This document shows, one piece after another, positions 1-10,578 of a DNA stretch of 64,000 bases. The position numbers were made by a program, and so were the translations under genes. Under the pieces are notes generated by a model, which saw nothing but the letters and a program-made list of their open reading frames with translations, made no database searches and was not told the origin of the DNA. Positions within the stretch are counted from its first letter, which is position 1; every line of letters starts with the position of its first letter. The DNA lies in IMG/VR virus record IMGVR_UViG_3300032893_000735, positions 1 through 64,000 of that record, one strand, 5' to 3'. Source of the DNA: a virus.

Positions 1-1
1 C

Positions 2-121
2 GAGAAGGCGTATTCGGAACCTGAAAAGTACGAACCTTGGGGTCATTCTATCGGGGAACTGTACTTGGAAGGGTACGAGGAAGTATCTCCAGGAGTCTTT
101 GAAATTTATGTAGGAAGTTAG
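2..121 (+). CDS. 3' end of a hypothetical protein (runs off the window)
   Basis: Open frame EKAYSEPEKYEPWGH...EIYVGS ends in TAG at 119-121, convergent with phoH. Confidence 0.5.
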   Translation, partial: EKAYSEPEKYEPWGHSIGELYLEGYEEVSPGVFEIYVGS

Positions 122-139
122 TCCATTTTTCGGACATAG

Positions 140-179
140 AAAAGCCCCGCTCATCCGTAACCATCGGAGGCGGGGCTTT
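140..179. terminator. Probable bidirectional intrinsic terminator
   Basis: AAAGCCCCGC...GCGGGGCTTT inverted repeat with A/T flanks between convergent genes. Confidence 0.6.
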
Positions 180-186
180 GTTTGTG

Positions 187-975
187 TCAATCGGAGTACA
201 AATCGTAGGCTTCGACCACCTTTTTAACGACCGGGTGTCTGACCACATCCTTGTCCGTAAAATGGACAACCGCTACCTCTGGAACGTGTCGCAGTATGTT
301 CAACGCTTCAATTAGCCCTGACTTCTGCGGGTTAGGCAAGTCGATCTGGGTAATATCCCCGTTGATAACCATTTTCGACCCTGGACCCAACCGAGTCAGG
401 ACCATCTTTAGCTGAGCCGAAGTGCAGTTCTGCGCCTCGTCAATAATCACGAATGAGTTTTCCAAAGTCCGGCCTCTGAGAAATCCGAGCGCCGCAATCT
501 CGATAGTCTTGGACTCAATCATATCCTTGACCTTCTCGGGCGGAAGCATCTTACCGAGGGCGTCGTACAACGCCATCATGTAAGGGTCTACCTTCTCCTG
601 AAGACTGCCGGGAAGGAAACCTAACTTCTCCCCCGCTTCAACTGCGGGGCGGACAAGGATTATCTTGCTTATTTCCCGGTCGCGGAGGGCTTCTACAGCG
701 GAGAAGACGGCTAGGAACGACTTCCCGGTACCGGCGACTCCGATTCCGAAAGTCATATCGTGGTCGCGGATAGCTTCCAGATACGCCTTCTGGTTTTCGT
801 TGCGAGGGGAAAGTTTGAAGCGGATTGGTTTAGTGGGGGCTTCCGCTGGATCGGCGGGTACGTTGCGCTTTAGTCTCTTGGACAAGTGGGCTCCGTTTGT
901 TAAAGTTTGGTTAATGAGGGTTGTTTTGGGCGACGGTATCACTCTATACAGTATAGGAACCTTGAAATAATCCAA
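187..975 (-). CDS. phoH: PhoH-family ATPase (likely start TTG at 885)
   Basis: GVAGTGKS Walker A, RPAVEAGEKLGFLPG, RGRTL, DEAQN and GDITQIDL motifs; GGAG precedes the TTG at 885. Confidence 0.95.
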   Translation of the reverse strand: MDYFKVPILYRVIPSPKTTLINQTLTNGAHLSKRLKRNVPADPAEAPTKPIRFKLSPRNENQKAYLEAIRDHDMTFGIGVAGTGKSFLAVFSAVEALRDREISKIILVRPAVEAGEKLGFLPGSLQEKVDPYMMALYDALGKMLPPEKVKDMIESKTIEIAALGFLRGRTLENSFVIIDEAQNCTSAQLKMVLTRLGPGSKMVINGDITQIDLPNPQKSGLIEALNILRHVPEVAVVHFTDKDVVRHPVVKKVVEAYDLYSD

Positions 976-996
976 CAGGATACTTGAAGGAGTGAA

Positions 997-2211
997 ATGC
1001 TAGAAATTTACATGATAACTAATCTAGTTACTCGGAAGATTTACGTAGGAAAATCTATACCCGGAAGAGAGAAGAGATTCCGACGACATATTAATGACGC
1101 AAAAAATGGATCGAATCTTCCTCTTCACCGTTCTATGAGAAAACACGGCTTTGATAAATTCACCGTCTGTCTTTTAGATACCGCAAAAACCAAAGAAGAA
1201 CTCAATGAACTTGAGGTGTTCTGGATCAAGAAATTGCGGGCGAGAGACCCCGAAGTGGGGTACAACCTAACTGACGGGGGAGAAGGATGCGCCGGGGTAG
1301 TTCAGAGTGAAGAAACAAGAGCAAAGAGAAGTGAATCCCTGAAAGGGATGCACACCGGAAAATTTGTAGGGGAAAAGAGTTATCGTTTTCGCCACGATCT
1401 GTCTACTGAGCAGATGGTAGAAATGTATCAAAATGGGAAATCTAGCGGAGATATAGCTCGGGAATTAGGTGCTAGTAAAGAAACAATAAACAGTAGGCTG
1501 AAGTCGGCTGGTGTTGTTTTTCGCTCAAATAGTGATGCTCAGAAATTAAAATATTCTTCAGGCCACCATGCTGCGTCCTACCGAGAAGATGTGTCAACTG
1601 ATGATATGGTTTCCATGTTTTCTCAAGGTTTAACCCACCGAGAAATAGCCGATAAACTGGGGGTATCTAAGGCGTGCGTTAAGTCTAGGCTGGTTAAATT
1701 AGGGATACGCCGAACGCCACATAGATGCAATTTGGACAAGGGGAAGGTATCAGAAATGTACCAAGAAGGCTATACTGCTTACGAGATAGCGGATTTGTTC
1801 AACGTATCTCCTGGGGTTATATACAGATCCCTAGAAGAATCTGGGGTTCCAATTCGTCCGAAATCCAGCCAGCCGAAGAAGGCTCTCCGTACTGAGAAAG
1901 TGTGCTATGTGTGCAAAGTTCTTCTTCCTTTGACTTCCTACAATAAAGACAGAACCACCGTAGACGGACATATGGCAATTTGCAGGGAATGTTCAAGGGT
2001 CCTACGAAAGAAGAAATCGGAGGAGATTAAAGAATCTCGAATCTTTCCTCCTCCTTCTTTGGTATCGTATTTCACTGAGGAATCATGTTCAGAAAACGCT
2101 GAAACACAGGATCTTGCTGACGTTCTTGGGGAGTCAAGTCCTTCGACGCCTTACGAAGATATTTCTTCTGGTTCTGGACCAGAAGTGGTTGCAGAGCCTT
2201 CCGTTCTGTGA
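997..2211 (+). CDS. GIY-YIG homing endonuclease with NUMOD3/HTH repeats and a C-terminal Zn finger
   Basis: EIYMITN...IYVGKS, GYNLTDGGEG, repeated HTH segments; antisense to its neighbours. Confidence 0.85.
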   Translation: MLEIYMITNLVTRKIYVGKSIPGREKRFRRHINDAKNGSNLPLHRSMRKHGFDKFTVCLLDTAKTKEELNELEVFWIKKLRARDPEVGYNLTDGGEGCAGVVQSEETRAKRSESLKGMHTGKFVGEKSYRFRHDLSTEQMVEMYQNGKSSGDIARELGASKETINSRLKSAGVVFRSNSDAQKLKYSSGHHAASYREDVSTDDMVSMFSQGLTHREIADKLGVSKACVKSRLVKLGIRRTPHRCNLDKGKVSEMYQEGYTAYEIADLFNVSPGVIYRSLEESGVPIRPKSSQPKKALRTEKVCYVCKVLLPLTSYNKDRTTVDGHMAICRECSRVLRKKKSEEIKESRIFPPPSLVSYFTEESCSENAETQDLADVLGESSPSTPYEDISSGSGPEVVAEPSVL

Positions 2212-5200
2212 TATTTGCTTGATCCCAAACGTTCAAAAACTCTGCCGCCGGAAGTCGCGAGGATCGGGAGTACAGCCTCGCGATGTCCGTGGGCATATTT
2301 TGAGTTGCTTTAAAGTTGTTCTGAATTTTGCGAAGTTCACCTTCATTTAGCTGATTGGTGCTGTATGTTAGTTTCATCAACTCAGAGAACGGCAGGTCAC
2401 CAGAGCGAACTTGGTCCTCAAGATGCTGAATGTATCGGTGTCTAGCTTGTTGTGGCATAGAAACGGGGCCGTCCTCGTTATGGTTCGCGGCAAGTTCCAC
2501 GGCCATCTTCTGGGCAGGTGTTTGGTATTGTCTAGCTGTCCCGCCGACCCCCTTCCAAACTTGCCCGAGATTGCTAACCTCTGGCCCCGTATCGGTCATG
2601 GCTTGGCCTAGCGATTGTACTGGGATTGGTGCCAGTTGACTCAAAGCGTTAACCCAAAGATCATTAGGCTGCATCTTCCTGCCCATCTTGTCCCGCCCTG
2701 TAATTAACTGAGTAGCCAATCCTACTCCGGGTGACAAGCGGCCTTTGATGAAATCTGAGGGCGAACTCATCATATGAAGAATGTCAGTTGGCAGTACGCG
2801 AATACTCCACAATGTCTCCTTACCATCCTTCGACTTGGTAGCCAGAGAGAATGGGGCTTCGGGGTGCATGTTTCCAGTGGTCAGTTGGTTAAGAACACGA
2901 GCCATCAAGTACACACCAGCGGCCATACCGATTACCTGCTTACGACCAATTGCTCCTTCGTCTCGGTTGAATAAACGAGCACCTGAACGCATTTCGGATT
3001 CGAGCCAGTCCGGGGCGAGAAGAAGCGCGCGCGCGAAATCGGACGTGGTGGCATTTCGGCCCATTGCCCTATAATTCACGCCACCAAAAGAATCATTGGC
3101 GTGCTGCGCCGCCGCCCTAGCTACTTTTTCAGTAGACCATTCAGGGTACTTTGCGCGGTAATCGTCGAATAGTTTTTCGGCGGCAGTCATTTTCCAAGCG
3201 GGCATTGCCCTCTTAAATATGAAATCAGTTTGGGCCTGCATCGTATCAGCTAGAATAGGACCGATTCCGGGGATTTTACGGAGTAGATTATGCTCTCCCG
3301 AAGCTAGACCTTCGGTAAATTCCTGCTGACCCTTATAATCAATTCCGGTAGTCAGATTGTTTCTGACCATTGCCTTGATCTTAGTTTCTGAATTAGGATC
3401 GAGCGGGTCTATCTTTGCTCCGTTTTCAATATCGGGAGTGTGCAGTGAGAACGGATTTACTCCCGTCATGATGGATCTTAACCCGAGCTGCACCAAATGG
3501 AAGGGAGACAAACTAAGCAAAGTTTCCTTCGCCGCTTTTCCGGCCTTCAGAACCGCCCGTCCTACCGAACTCTTAGACAACGCCCCCTGTTCCAGTCCAA
3601 GCCGGTTCTTCAGATACTCAGCGTACTCCGGACTAGCCAAGATGTCCGAATTGACCAGAACTTGCGTCCCGTCTGGGGAGTTGGTTACGAAGTTCCACCC
3701 ACGCATCGCTGTGTGGTCCAGAGCGATATACCCTTGCGGATTCCAGGCATACTTCTTCGGAATCGCTTCGTTGAAATCTTTCAGGCCGGAGTAGTCTCCG
3801 GTTCTCTGCATTTCTTTCAACTGGGCAATTTGCTGGCGGAGGATGTTGTTTCCTTCGGAGTCGTATTTTGCTTCCTTCCGCATCGCTTCGTTTTCCATAC
3901 GTTCGATAGCGGCCTTGATGTTGTCTGGATGGACTTTCGGAGTCATGTCCTTGATAGTTCCGTCGTCCAGGAATCTTTGCAGGTCTCCCGAAGCGTCCAT
4001 TTTCTGGACTTCCGCATCCGCAATATTGATCTTCCGAACCCGAGAAGCGTCTACGAAAATCTTCGGGTCTTCCCCGTTTGGTCCGGACACAACGTTGCCT
4101 TCCCCCGACAAATATGCAATCGGGCGACCATACGAGTCTTTCAACCCGCTGGACATGAGGTTGGATATGAACTTCCGATTTGCTGCGGCTTTGATGATGT
4201 CTACGCGGTCCCCCGCCGTAGCTGCTGCGGGGTCAAATTTCATATCCTTGGGTGACTGTAAAAGAGCAGTCATCAACGTATCATACGTGCGGTTTCGGGC
4301 GGAAGTTACGTTGGTGGCAAATTTACCAGCCTTGGCGTTAGCTACGACTACTCTTCCTTCTGGATTATCTTCAAAGAACCTGTGTAGGTGGTTTTCTACA
4401 TACTCTTTGATGAGTGCGTTTTGATGCGCAAGTTCCCAGTTGCGGTCTTCTTCTGGCCGCATGTAGTCATAAGCGGATTTTACGTTATCAGGAATATCGC
4501 CTTGGGCTATTCTCTTCAAAGAGTCTAGTACAAGGTTTTTATACTCGGCAGAACGTCCTGAGAATTTGTTGTTTTCAATGAGTTGTTTGAGGTTAGCAGG
4601 CATTCCATTTTCTGGACGAGTTGCCCTTCCGACATCCCCTCGGGATGTTTCCACCCCCTCCTTTACTCCTGTATCTGATGCCTCAGCACCCAATATTCGG
4701 CCACCTGCTCCTTGCCCAGTACCTTCAATTCTCTCCTCCCTTCCATCTGCCTCCGACAGAACATTGTAGTATGAAGCGGCTTTGTTCTGGTCGTTCCCTA
4801 ACTCGTGCATAAAAGTCAACAGAGCTTTATCCGACCGTTTCTGCGCTTTTACTTCTTCTGAATCTCCCAGAATTCCCGGCTTATCATGGCCTAAACGCTT
4901 GTTGACTTCTTGTGCGACATTTATCCCTTGTGATTCGGCTACAGCATGTTCTGCCTCTCGAACTCCATTCAGATTATTCACCTTCAGAGTTTCGTCGCTT
5001 GGCTTGAGTTTCGTCCCGAGTACGGGCTCGGCCAGCTCCCCCCAAGAATGAAGGGCATGAGAAGCACCTGCAACTCCGAGTACAGAGTTTGCTGCCCATT
5101 CCGTTCCGTATTCCGCCGCCTTATCGTAGTCTCCTTCTTTCAGTGCATCAAAGAATCGGGGGGACATAGCCGCCGCGCCTTCTAATTGCTGGAGGGTAAA

Positions 5201-6208
5201 TCCAGTGTTCAAGAGCGTGTTGGCGGTCTTCGCCATCTTGACCGTAGTTCCGAGAGACATTTCCGGGGCGATATTGTGGATAACATGAAACGCCCCGCGC
5301 TCCAAAGCGTTTCCGCCGAGCAGGTCTTCTACGCCGAGTCCGTGTTGGTCGAGGACATCTTGTCCGCGCCTCCAAAGATCAGGGTCAACTCCGGCTTCTC
5401 GGACAGCATCTTCTACGGGAGTGAAACCTTCCTGGGCCTTCTTGATCGCATCGCCAGTTTGGGCTAGGTCTTTTAGTTCGGCTCGGGTGAACCCACCCTT
5501 CTCAGCGGCGATTGCGTCTCTGGCTTCTGGAGACAGTTCTCCCGCCTTTAGAGCCTCCCGCTCCGCTTTGTTCAGCCCCACATCCATAAGGCTTCTTTGG
5601 AATTCTTCTTCGCCCAGTTCCGCGTCGCGGCTAACTGCACCAAATACGTTCCTCGCCCTCTGGAGGAGTCCGAGGTCGTGCCCTCCAGCTTTAAGGGCTT
5701 CATCAATTACTGGTTTTACGTCGGGCAGACTTCGGGCGGTATCCCGAGCTATCTTAGCACCCTTGGCAATCTGCGCGATTTCGTCTGCGTTAAATGCAGC
5801 TTCGCCTCCCTCGGTTATAGCTTCTTTGAGGGCGGTTTCTCCGGCTGAAGCTAGCGGGGCACCTGTACCGAAAGTAGCGGCGGTAAGAGCTAACGACAAG
5901 GGACTCGTGAGAGACGAAGCTATATGTTCCACGCCCCTTTCGAATCCTGAAGCCCCTTCTCTTTCTTCTGGGAGACCGAATAAACTCTCGGTCAACGGAG
6001 TCTGCATCCAGTCAAAAGCTCTAGAGTACCAAGCAGCATTAGGATCTTGATATAGATGCTTAATAGGTGCTGGAGTTTCGGAGGGCTGTCTAGAAGTAAT
6101 ACTAGAGGGGCCACCGAAAATATCGCTGAGGTCCGGTCCTGAAGTTTGTTTCGGGGCGGTCGTGGCTGGGCTTCCGAAGATGTCACTCAAATCTGGAGTT
6201 TGCGGCAT
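2072..6208 (-). CDS. Large internal virion / DNA ejection protein
   Basis: 1378 aa, helical Ala/Gly-rich, last gene of the virion module. Confidence 0.6.
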   Translation of the reverse strand: MPQTPDLSDIFGSPATTAPKQTSGPDLSDIFGGPSSITSRQPSETPAPIKHLYQDPNAAWYSRAFDWMQTPLTESLFGLPEEREGASGFERGVEHIASSLTSPLSLALTAATFGTGAPLASAGETALKEAITEGGEAAFNADEIAQIAKGAKIARDTARSLPDVKPVIDEALKAGGHDLGLLQRARNVFGAVSRDAELGEEEFQRSLMDVGLNKAEREALKAGELSPEARDAIAAEKGGFTRAELKDLAQTGDAIKKAQEGFTPVEDAVREAGVDPDLWRRGQDVLDQHGLGVEDLLGGNALERGAFHVIHNIAPEMSLGTTVKMAKTANTLLNTGFTLQQLEGAAAMSPRFFDALKEGDYDKAAEYGTEWAANSVLGVAGASHALHSWGELAEPVLGTKLKPSDETLKVNNLNGVREAEHAVAESQGINVAQEVNKRLGHDKPGILGDSEEVKAQKRSDKALLTFMHELGNDQNKAASYYNVLSEADGREERIEGTGQGAGGRILGAEASDTGVKEGVETSRGDVGRATRPENGMPANLKQLIENNKFSGRSAEYKNLVLDSLKRIAQGDIPDNVKSAYDYMRPEEDRNWELAHQNALIKEYVENHLHRFFEDNPEGRVVVANAKAGKFATNVTSARNRTYDTLMTALLQSPKDMKFDPAAATAGDRVDIIKAAANRKFISNLMSSGLKDSYGRPIAYLSGEGNVVSGPNGEDPKIFVDASRVRKINIADAEVQKMDASGDLQRFLDDGTIKDMTPKVHPDNIKAAIERMENEAMRKEAKYDSEGNNILRQQIAQLKEMQRTGDYSGLKDFNEAIPKKYAWNPQGYIALDHTAMRGWNFVTNSPDGTQVLVNSDILASPEYAEYLKNRLGLEQGALSKSSVGRAVLKAGKAAKETLLSLSPFHLVQLGLRSIMTGVNPFSLHTPDIENGAKIDPLDPNSETKIKAMVRNNLTTGIDYKGQQEFTEGLASGEHNLLRKIPGIGPILADTMQAQTDFIFKRAMPAWKMTAAEKLFDDYRAKYPEWSTEKVARAAAQHANDSFGGVNYRAMGRNATTSDFARALLLAPDWLESEMRSGARLFNRDEGAIGRKQVIGMAAGVYLMARVLNQLTTGNMHPEAPFSLATKSKDGKETLWSIRVLPTDILHMMSSPSDFIKGRLSPGVGLATQLITGRDKMGRKMQPNDLWVNALSQLAPIPVQSLGQAMTDTGPEVSNLGQVWKGVGGTARQYQTPAQKMAVELAANHNEDGPVSMPQQARHRYIQHLEDQVRSGDLPFSELMKLTYSTNQLNEGELRKIQNNFKATQNMPTDIARLYSRSSRLPAAEFLNVWDQANITERKALQPLLVQNQKKYLRKASKDLTPQERQQDPVFQRFLNMIPQ

Positions 6209-7134
6209 TATTGTACTCTCGTTTCTCCTCTTTTATTTCTAAGTATAACTCCTTCTTTTAACAGGCGAAGTCTAACCGCCGATGAAGTTATCTCAAACAT
6301 CTTCGCTACTTGGACTAAAGAGTTGCCTTGCTCATACAATTCCACAAGTTTTTTACTATCAACATCGATAAACTCTTCTTTGCCTTCTTTGATTAGTTTT
6401 TTCCTGTGGGCGTCTCTGGTATTTGGTCGGGGAGAAATTCCTAATTCCCTTAGCCTACCCCTTACCAAAGTTTTTTCAACTCCGAAAATACTAGCTATTT
6501 GTCGAGTAGACTTTCCAGATTCGTACAATCTAACAATTTCCTCTGAAGAAACTTCGTGATTGTAATTAGACGAATTAGGCCCCTCTCTTTTTACAATAAC
6601 TTTGTCTTCTTTGGTTTTTCTAATTTTACCGTTACCTCCTCTGCGCACAACTCCGGCCTCTTTTAGACGAGATAAAACGCAACTTCTACTTATCCCAAGT
6701 TCTTCTGAGATGGTGTTGCTTCCCTTATTTTCCAGATATAGCTTGATTATTTCTTCTGTGCTAACATCCCGTCTTCGATTTGAAGACTCTTTCATTTTCT
6801 CTATGGTTTCAAGGGATCGTTTCAGTCCGCTAAACGTATCTCCCCCGTCTCCGCCTTCTGTCATATTGTACCCATAGTCTGGATTATTGGAATCCATGAG
6901 AAAGATCCATACTTTTTCCAAATCGTTAAGCTCTTTCTTACTTGTCGCCGTATCGACAATTTCTATAAGAAAGGCGGATAAACCATATTTTCGCATAGCT
7001 GAGTATAGACGATTGACACGACCATTTTCACAATTGCTTATATGCTTCATCCACCTTACGAAAGGATTTTTCTCAGTCTTACCTATGTAAGACTTACCAT
7101 TGACGAGATTTTTGATTTGATATATGTAGAACAT
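6208..7134 (-). CDS. GIY-YIG homing endonuclease with HTH repeats
   Basis: YIYQIKN...YIGKT, GYNMTEGGDG. Confidence 0.88.
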   Translation of the reverse strand: MFYIYQIKNLVNGKSYIGKTEKNPFVRWMKHISNCENGRVNRLYSAMRKYGLSAFLIEIVDTATSKKELNDLEKVWIFLMDSNNPDYGYNMTEGGDGGDTFSGLKRSLETIEKMKESSNRRRDVSTEEIIKLYLENKGSNTISEELGISRSCVLSRLKEAGVVRRGGNGKIRKTKEDKVIVKREGPNSSNYNHEVSSEEIVRLYESGKSTRQIASIFGVEKTLVRGRLRELGISPRPNTRDAHRKKLIKEGKEEFIDVDSKKLVELYEQGNSLVQVAKMFEITSSAVRLRLLKEGVILRNKRGETRVQ

Positions 7135-7142
7135 TTGAACTC

Positions 7143-7171
7143 ATTATATCACATAACTAGGTGTTTGTCAA
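7143..7171 (-). promoter_or_regulatory. Consensus sigma70 promoter for the GIY-YIG gene (near-leaderless mRNA)
   Basis: TTGACA-N17-TATAAT with extended TG; ATG lies 8 nt after the -10. Confidence 0.8.
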
Positions 7172-7173
7172 TG

Positions 7174-8988
7174 CTAATAGAAAGCCGGAATAGACGCCAT
7201 CCCTTCCTCTGCTTTCTGCTGTTCTGTTTTTGTCGGTACAGTTTCCGTCGCCACCACTTTTAGATAAGGGGCGTCCTGAGGGTGATCTTTTTTCCATTGC
7301 TCCAAAGACGATCTAGTAGTTTGCACGGTGGAGCCGTCCCCCCTCTGAACAGTCACCTTATCGGAGGGATATTGGGGAGTTGGCTCTGGGATGTTGAGAC
7401 CTTTTCGAATAGCACTCTTTTGTTCGGGGGTAATGGGATAGGCCGACAGAGTAGTTTCTACTTGATCCGCAGGCAGTCCTTTTAGCCTAGAAATGGCAGT
7501 GCTTACTGCTGGATCATCTGACCCACTGGAAGACCCAAACCTATGGAACACGCTATGCGATTCCGCGTCGTCGAGTTTCTTCCGAGCATCTGTCCAAGTG
7601 CTTACTGCTTGCTTATACTCAGGTGAATTTTTATCTGCGTCTTTTATAATCGCCACCAAGTCTCTATCATTCAGAACCGCACGGGCATCTGCGATGTCTT
7701 TTTCAACTTTGGGTTGAACAGCAACTATCTCTGCCGGAGTTAAGCCAGCTTTCTCCCAATCTCCACCAGCTTTAGCTAATTTTGCTTGAGCGGAGTTAGC
7801 GGATTTTATTTGGTCCGCTTCGAGTCGGCGAAGCGCCGATTCATCACCAGAGGCACGTGCCGCCGCGTTGGCTTGGTTTATGCGAGCGTCTAGCTCTTTG
7901 AGTTCTTTTTGGTTCTTGGCCAGAGCATCAGTTTTAACTTGTCTATTGTATTTATCGGTTTCAGCATTCTGAACCTTAGTCATTAACCCGACAAACTGGT
8001 CGTAAGGAAGAGATTTTTGTCCAGTTTTCGTATCAGTTTTTAGAGTCTTATCGAGAGCGCCCTCTGGGTAAGAGTCAAGAACTCCTGAATCCTTCATTCG
8101 CTTCATGAGGTCAGGAGTAATAATCATGTCTTTTGTCTTGCTGTATTTGTTCCACACAGTCTGGTAATCAATGCCGTCTGTCCCGTCCGGATTTTTTACA
8201 GCGTATGGAATCACATCGACAGGTTCCCAATCCACGGTGGAATCACCGGGATGTTCCTGTAGCCATTTTGTGTGTTCTGTTTCTGGTACGTTTTGGGCAG
8301 TAGGATCGTTGCCTAGCGCTTTGTATCCTTCTACTATAGGGGAAGCGTCTTTAACCATCTGACGGTGGTCCGTATAGCTCTTCCCGTGAAGTTCGTTTAG
8401 GTACTTTAGTTTCTCGATATTCCACATACCGATTTGCGCATCGGTTTTTAGCTTTTCTTGTTTAGCGGTATCTTCCTCCCGCTGTTCTCTCTTCGCGGAC
8501 AACTGATTCTGCCACTGCTGTTGGGCCTGCTTTGCTTGGAGTGCTTTTTGTTGCGCCAAGTCTTGTCTTTCCGCACCGAATCCTTTAGAAAATGCTTCTG
8601 CTCCACTTTTTGAGTCTGTACTAGCAGCCGCGCCCATCATCGCTCCTGCCAAAATACTACGGAACAATTGTCCCGGCTTATTCGGAACAGACCGAGGTAC
8701 GGGAGGGCTATTCGGATTGGTAGGGTCAGACGGCACGTATTCAGTATGGTTTCCCATCAGAACGTCGTGAATATTTCCAATTACTCGGTGCCACCCTGTT
8801 GGACCTTGTACGGTAGGAGGAGTAGTACGAGGAAAAGAAGGAGTGGATTGAGGTAAGTTAATCGGGGTTTCCAAGTCCGCAGGAGGAGCCGCGTTTTGCG
8901 CAGCAGTTTGCGCGGCAAACTGAGTAGGAGTCGGAAGTTGAGAGACAGCGTTTGCGGCGGCGGGATTTGGTAAAGTAGGACTGGCCAT
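7174..8988 (-). CDS. Putative ejection / internal virion protein
   Basis: 604 aa, Gln/Ala coiled coil with a hydrophobic Gly/Ala patch; position in the ejection module. Confidence 0.5.
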   Translation of the reverse strand: MASPTLPNPAAANAVSQLPTPTQFAAQTAAQNAAPPADLETPINLPQSTPSFPRTTPPTVQGPTGWHRVIGNIHDVLMGNHTEYVPSDPTNPNSPPVPRSVPNKPGQLFRSILAGAMMGAAASTDSKSGAEAFSKGFGAERQDLAQQKALQAKQAQQQWQNQLSAKREQREEDTAKQEKLKTDAQIGMWNIEKLKYLNELHGKSYTDHRQMVKDASPIVEGYKALGNDPTAQNVPETEHTKWLQEHPGDSTVDWEPVDVIPYAVKNPDGTDGIDYQTVWNKYSKTKDMIITPDLMKRMKDSGVLDSYPEGALDKTLKTDTKTGQKSLPYDQFVGLMTKVQNAETDKYNRQVKTDALAKNQKELKELDARINQANAAARASGDESALRRLEADQIKSANSAQAKLAKAGGDWEKAGLTPAEIVAVQPKVEKDIADARAVLNDRDLVAIIKDADKNSPEYKQAVSTWTDARKKLDDAESHSVFHRFGSSSGSDDPAVSTAISRLKGLPADQVETTLSAYPITPEQKSAIRKGLNIPEPTPQYPSDKVTVQRGDGSTVQTTRSSLEQWKKDHPQDAPYLKVVATETVPTKTEQQKAEEGMASIPAFY

Positions 8989-9383
8989 TATTTAGACTCC
9001 TGATAAAAATATGTTAAGGGGGTTTCAACACTAATGTCACCAGTATGCAGTGCCTTCTTCAGAAACATCACTACTTTTTCTTGGTCTGACCGCTTTCCGA
9101 CACCGTATACACGGAGAAGGTTTTCCAACTTGTCTTCTTTCTTCAAACCGGCGCGGGATTCCCCCTTGACTTTTAGTGTCAGGTCATACAGGCAAGAATG
9201 TAGACCACTGATCTCCGTTTTGAAAACGCGATGGCCTTCTGAGTCAATCTCATTCTTTCCGGGCAGGGAGAAGCTCTGTATTAAAAGTGGATTGCGGATT
9301 TGGTATGCTACAGATGAAGGGTCAGACCATCCGCGAAGATTTGCGATTGCGTCAAGTAATGATTCTAGTTTATCAACAGACAT
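8988..9383 (-). CDS. Hypothetical virion protein (RNP-motif, possibly lysozyme-like)
   Basis: 131 aa, translationally coupled to neighbours. Confidence 0.45.
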   Translation of the reverse strand: MSVDKLESLLDAIANLRGWSDPSSVAYQIRNPLLIQSFSLPGKNEIDSEGHRVFKTEISGLHSCLYDLTLKVKGESRAGLKKEDKLENLLRVYGVGKRSDQEKVVMFLKKALHTGDISVETPLTYFYQESK

Positions 9384-9384
9384 T

Positions 9385-10161
9385 CTACCCGCCTATAGCG
9401 CCCAAAGCAAAGTTTCCTAGTTGTTCGAGACCAGTAGAGCCGCCAGTTGTATCTAGGTTTCCTAGCCCAGCGCCCATAATGCCCCCACCACTGCCTAGCA
9501 ACATCTTGCCGAAAGAAGGAGCAGCAGCGTCTAATTCTTGGATTTTGGATGCTTGGTTGAAAGCCTGGGCTCCCGCAGTATTAGCTGCATTTGCGTAGGA
9601 TGAAGGATTATACAACCCGGCTAAACTGCCCATCTGCCCCATCGCATTCATATAATTCTGTCGGCCTTGCGCGTACCCTTGCTCCGTAATCCCGAGTTGC
9701 TGTCCCGATTCTTGCTGCGCTGCGGCTTGAGCCAAACGAGCTTGATTAGCCGCCTGAACTCCTGAACCTATGAATTGGTTTCCCCCGCCTTGCGCCGCTT
9801 GAGCCTCTTGACTAGCAGTCTTGGCGGCTTGGTACGCTCCAGAAGTTCCAGCAGTCGCTTGAGTCCTCATCGCGGCGTCTTCGGCGTTTGTGAATCCATA
9901 CTGTCCGATACCTTGGTTGATGATCGGTTGAAGAGAAGATTTTAATCCGCTGATGATATTATTCATCCCAGAGAAACTCTGCTCGTAGTCGTTCATCAGA
10001 GTGGATGTGAACGCCTGCGATTGGTCCGCTTCTGTCCTCTGTTGCCCAGACGCGCCTTTACAAGAGGCAACTTCTCCCGTCCAGAAAATGGACGAGCGGC
10101 GGAGTAGAATGTACCGATTCTGGCGGTCGCTCCAAACGTATTCTGTTTTTGAGTAGATCAT
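9385..10161 (-). CDS. Putative DNA pilot / ejection protein
   Basis: Gln/Ala/Gly-rich, Gly-rich hydrophobic C-terminus. Confidence 0.5.
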   Translation of the reverse strand: MIYSKTEYVWSDRQNRYILLRRSSIFWTGEVASCKGASGQQRTEADQSQAFTSTLMNDYEQSFSGMNNIISGLKSSLQPIINQGIGQYGFTNAEDAAMRTQATAGTSGAYQAAKTASQEAQAAQGGGNQFIGSGVQAANQARLAQAAAQQESGQQLGITEQGYAQGRQNYMNAMGQMGSLAGLYNPSSYANAANTAGAQAFNQASKIQELDAAAPSFGKMLLGSGGGIMGAGLGNLDTTGGSTGLEQLGNFALGAIGG

Positions 10162-10571
10162 TACTGCCTCTCTAGGTCTTTGATTTTTGCGCGATAAACT
10201 TTGTACGGAAGTTCTTCGAAGGCGTGATTCTTGGTGAGGTTATCCGTTCCCGGTTCGGTGGACAAGTAGTAAATCTCCCCGACACCCTTAACGTGAGCCT
10301 GTGTAACCGTAGTCTGAAACAGAGTCTCAAGTGCCTTTGCGTTCTGGAATTTGGTGGCCCCCGGACGACTAGCGAAGGAGTCCATCATGAACACTTGCTG
10401 TACTGGCTGGTAGGCCAGTGGTCCGTCTTTGTCATACGCGCACAACACAAACGTTGAAGGAGTCCGAGCTACTTCTGGGTCAAACTCATTGCTCGGGTTT
10501 TCCATGCTCCAGTCGTAGAAAGCCTTGGCATCTTCCGGTTTAGCAGGTCTTACGTAAACAAGTCCTCTCAT
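10161..10571 (-). CDS. GNAT-like protein (internal virion protein A-like)
   Basis: YVRPAKPED N-terminus typical of GNAT folds; sits before the ejection genes. Confidence 0.45.
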   Translation of the reverse strand: MRGLVYVRPAKPEDAKAFYDWSMENPSNEFDPEVARTPSTFVLCAYDKDGPLAYQPVQQVFMMDSFASRPGATKFQNAKALETLFQTTVTQAHVKGVGEIYYLSTEPGTDNLTKNHAFEELPYKVYRAKIKDLERQ

Positions 10572-10578
10572 AAATCTC

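Noticed and set aside
2114-6559. Numerous plus-strand ORFs antisense to long structural genes
   Set aside because: Shadow frames with no RBS or recognisable motifs.
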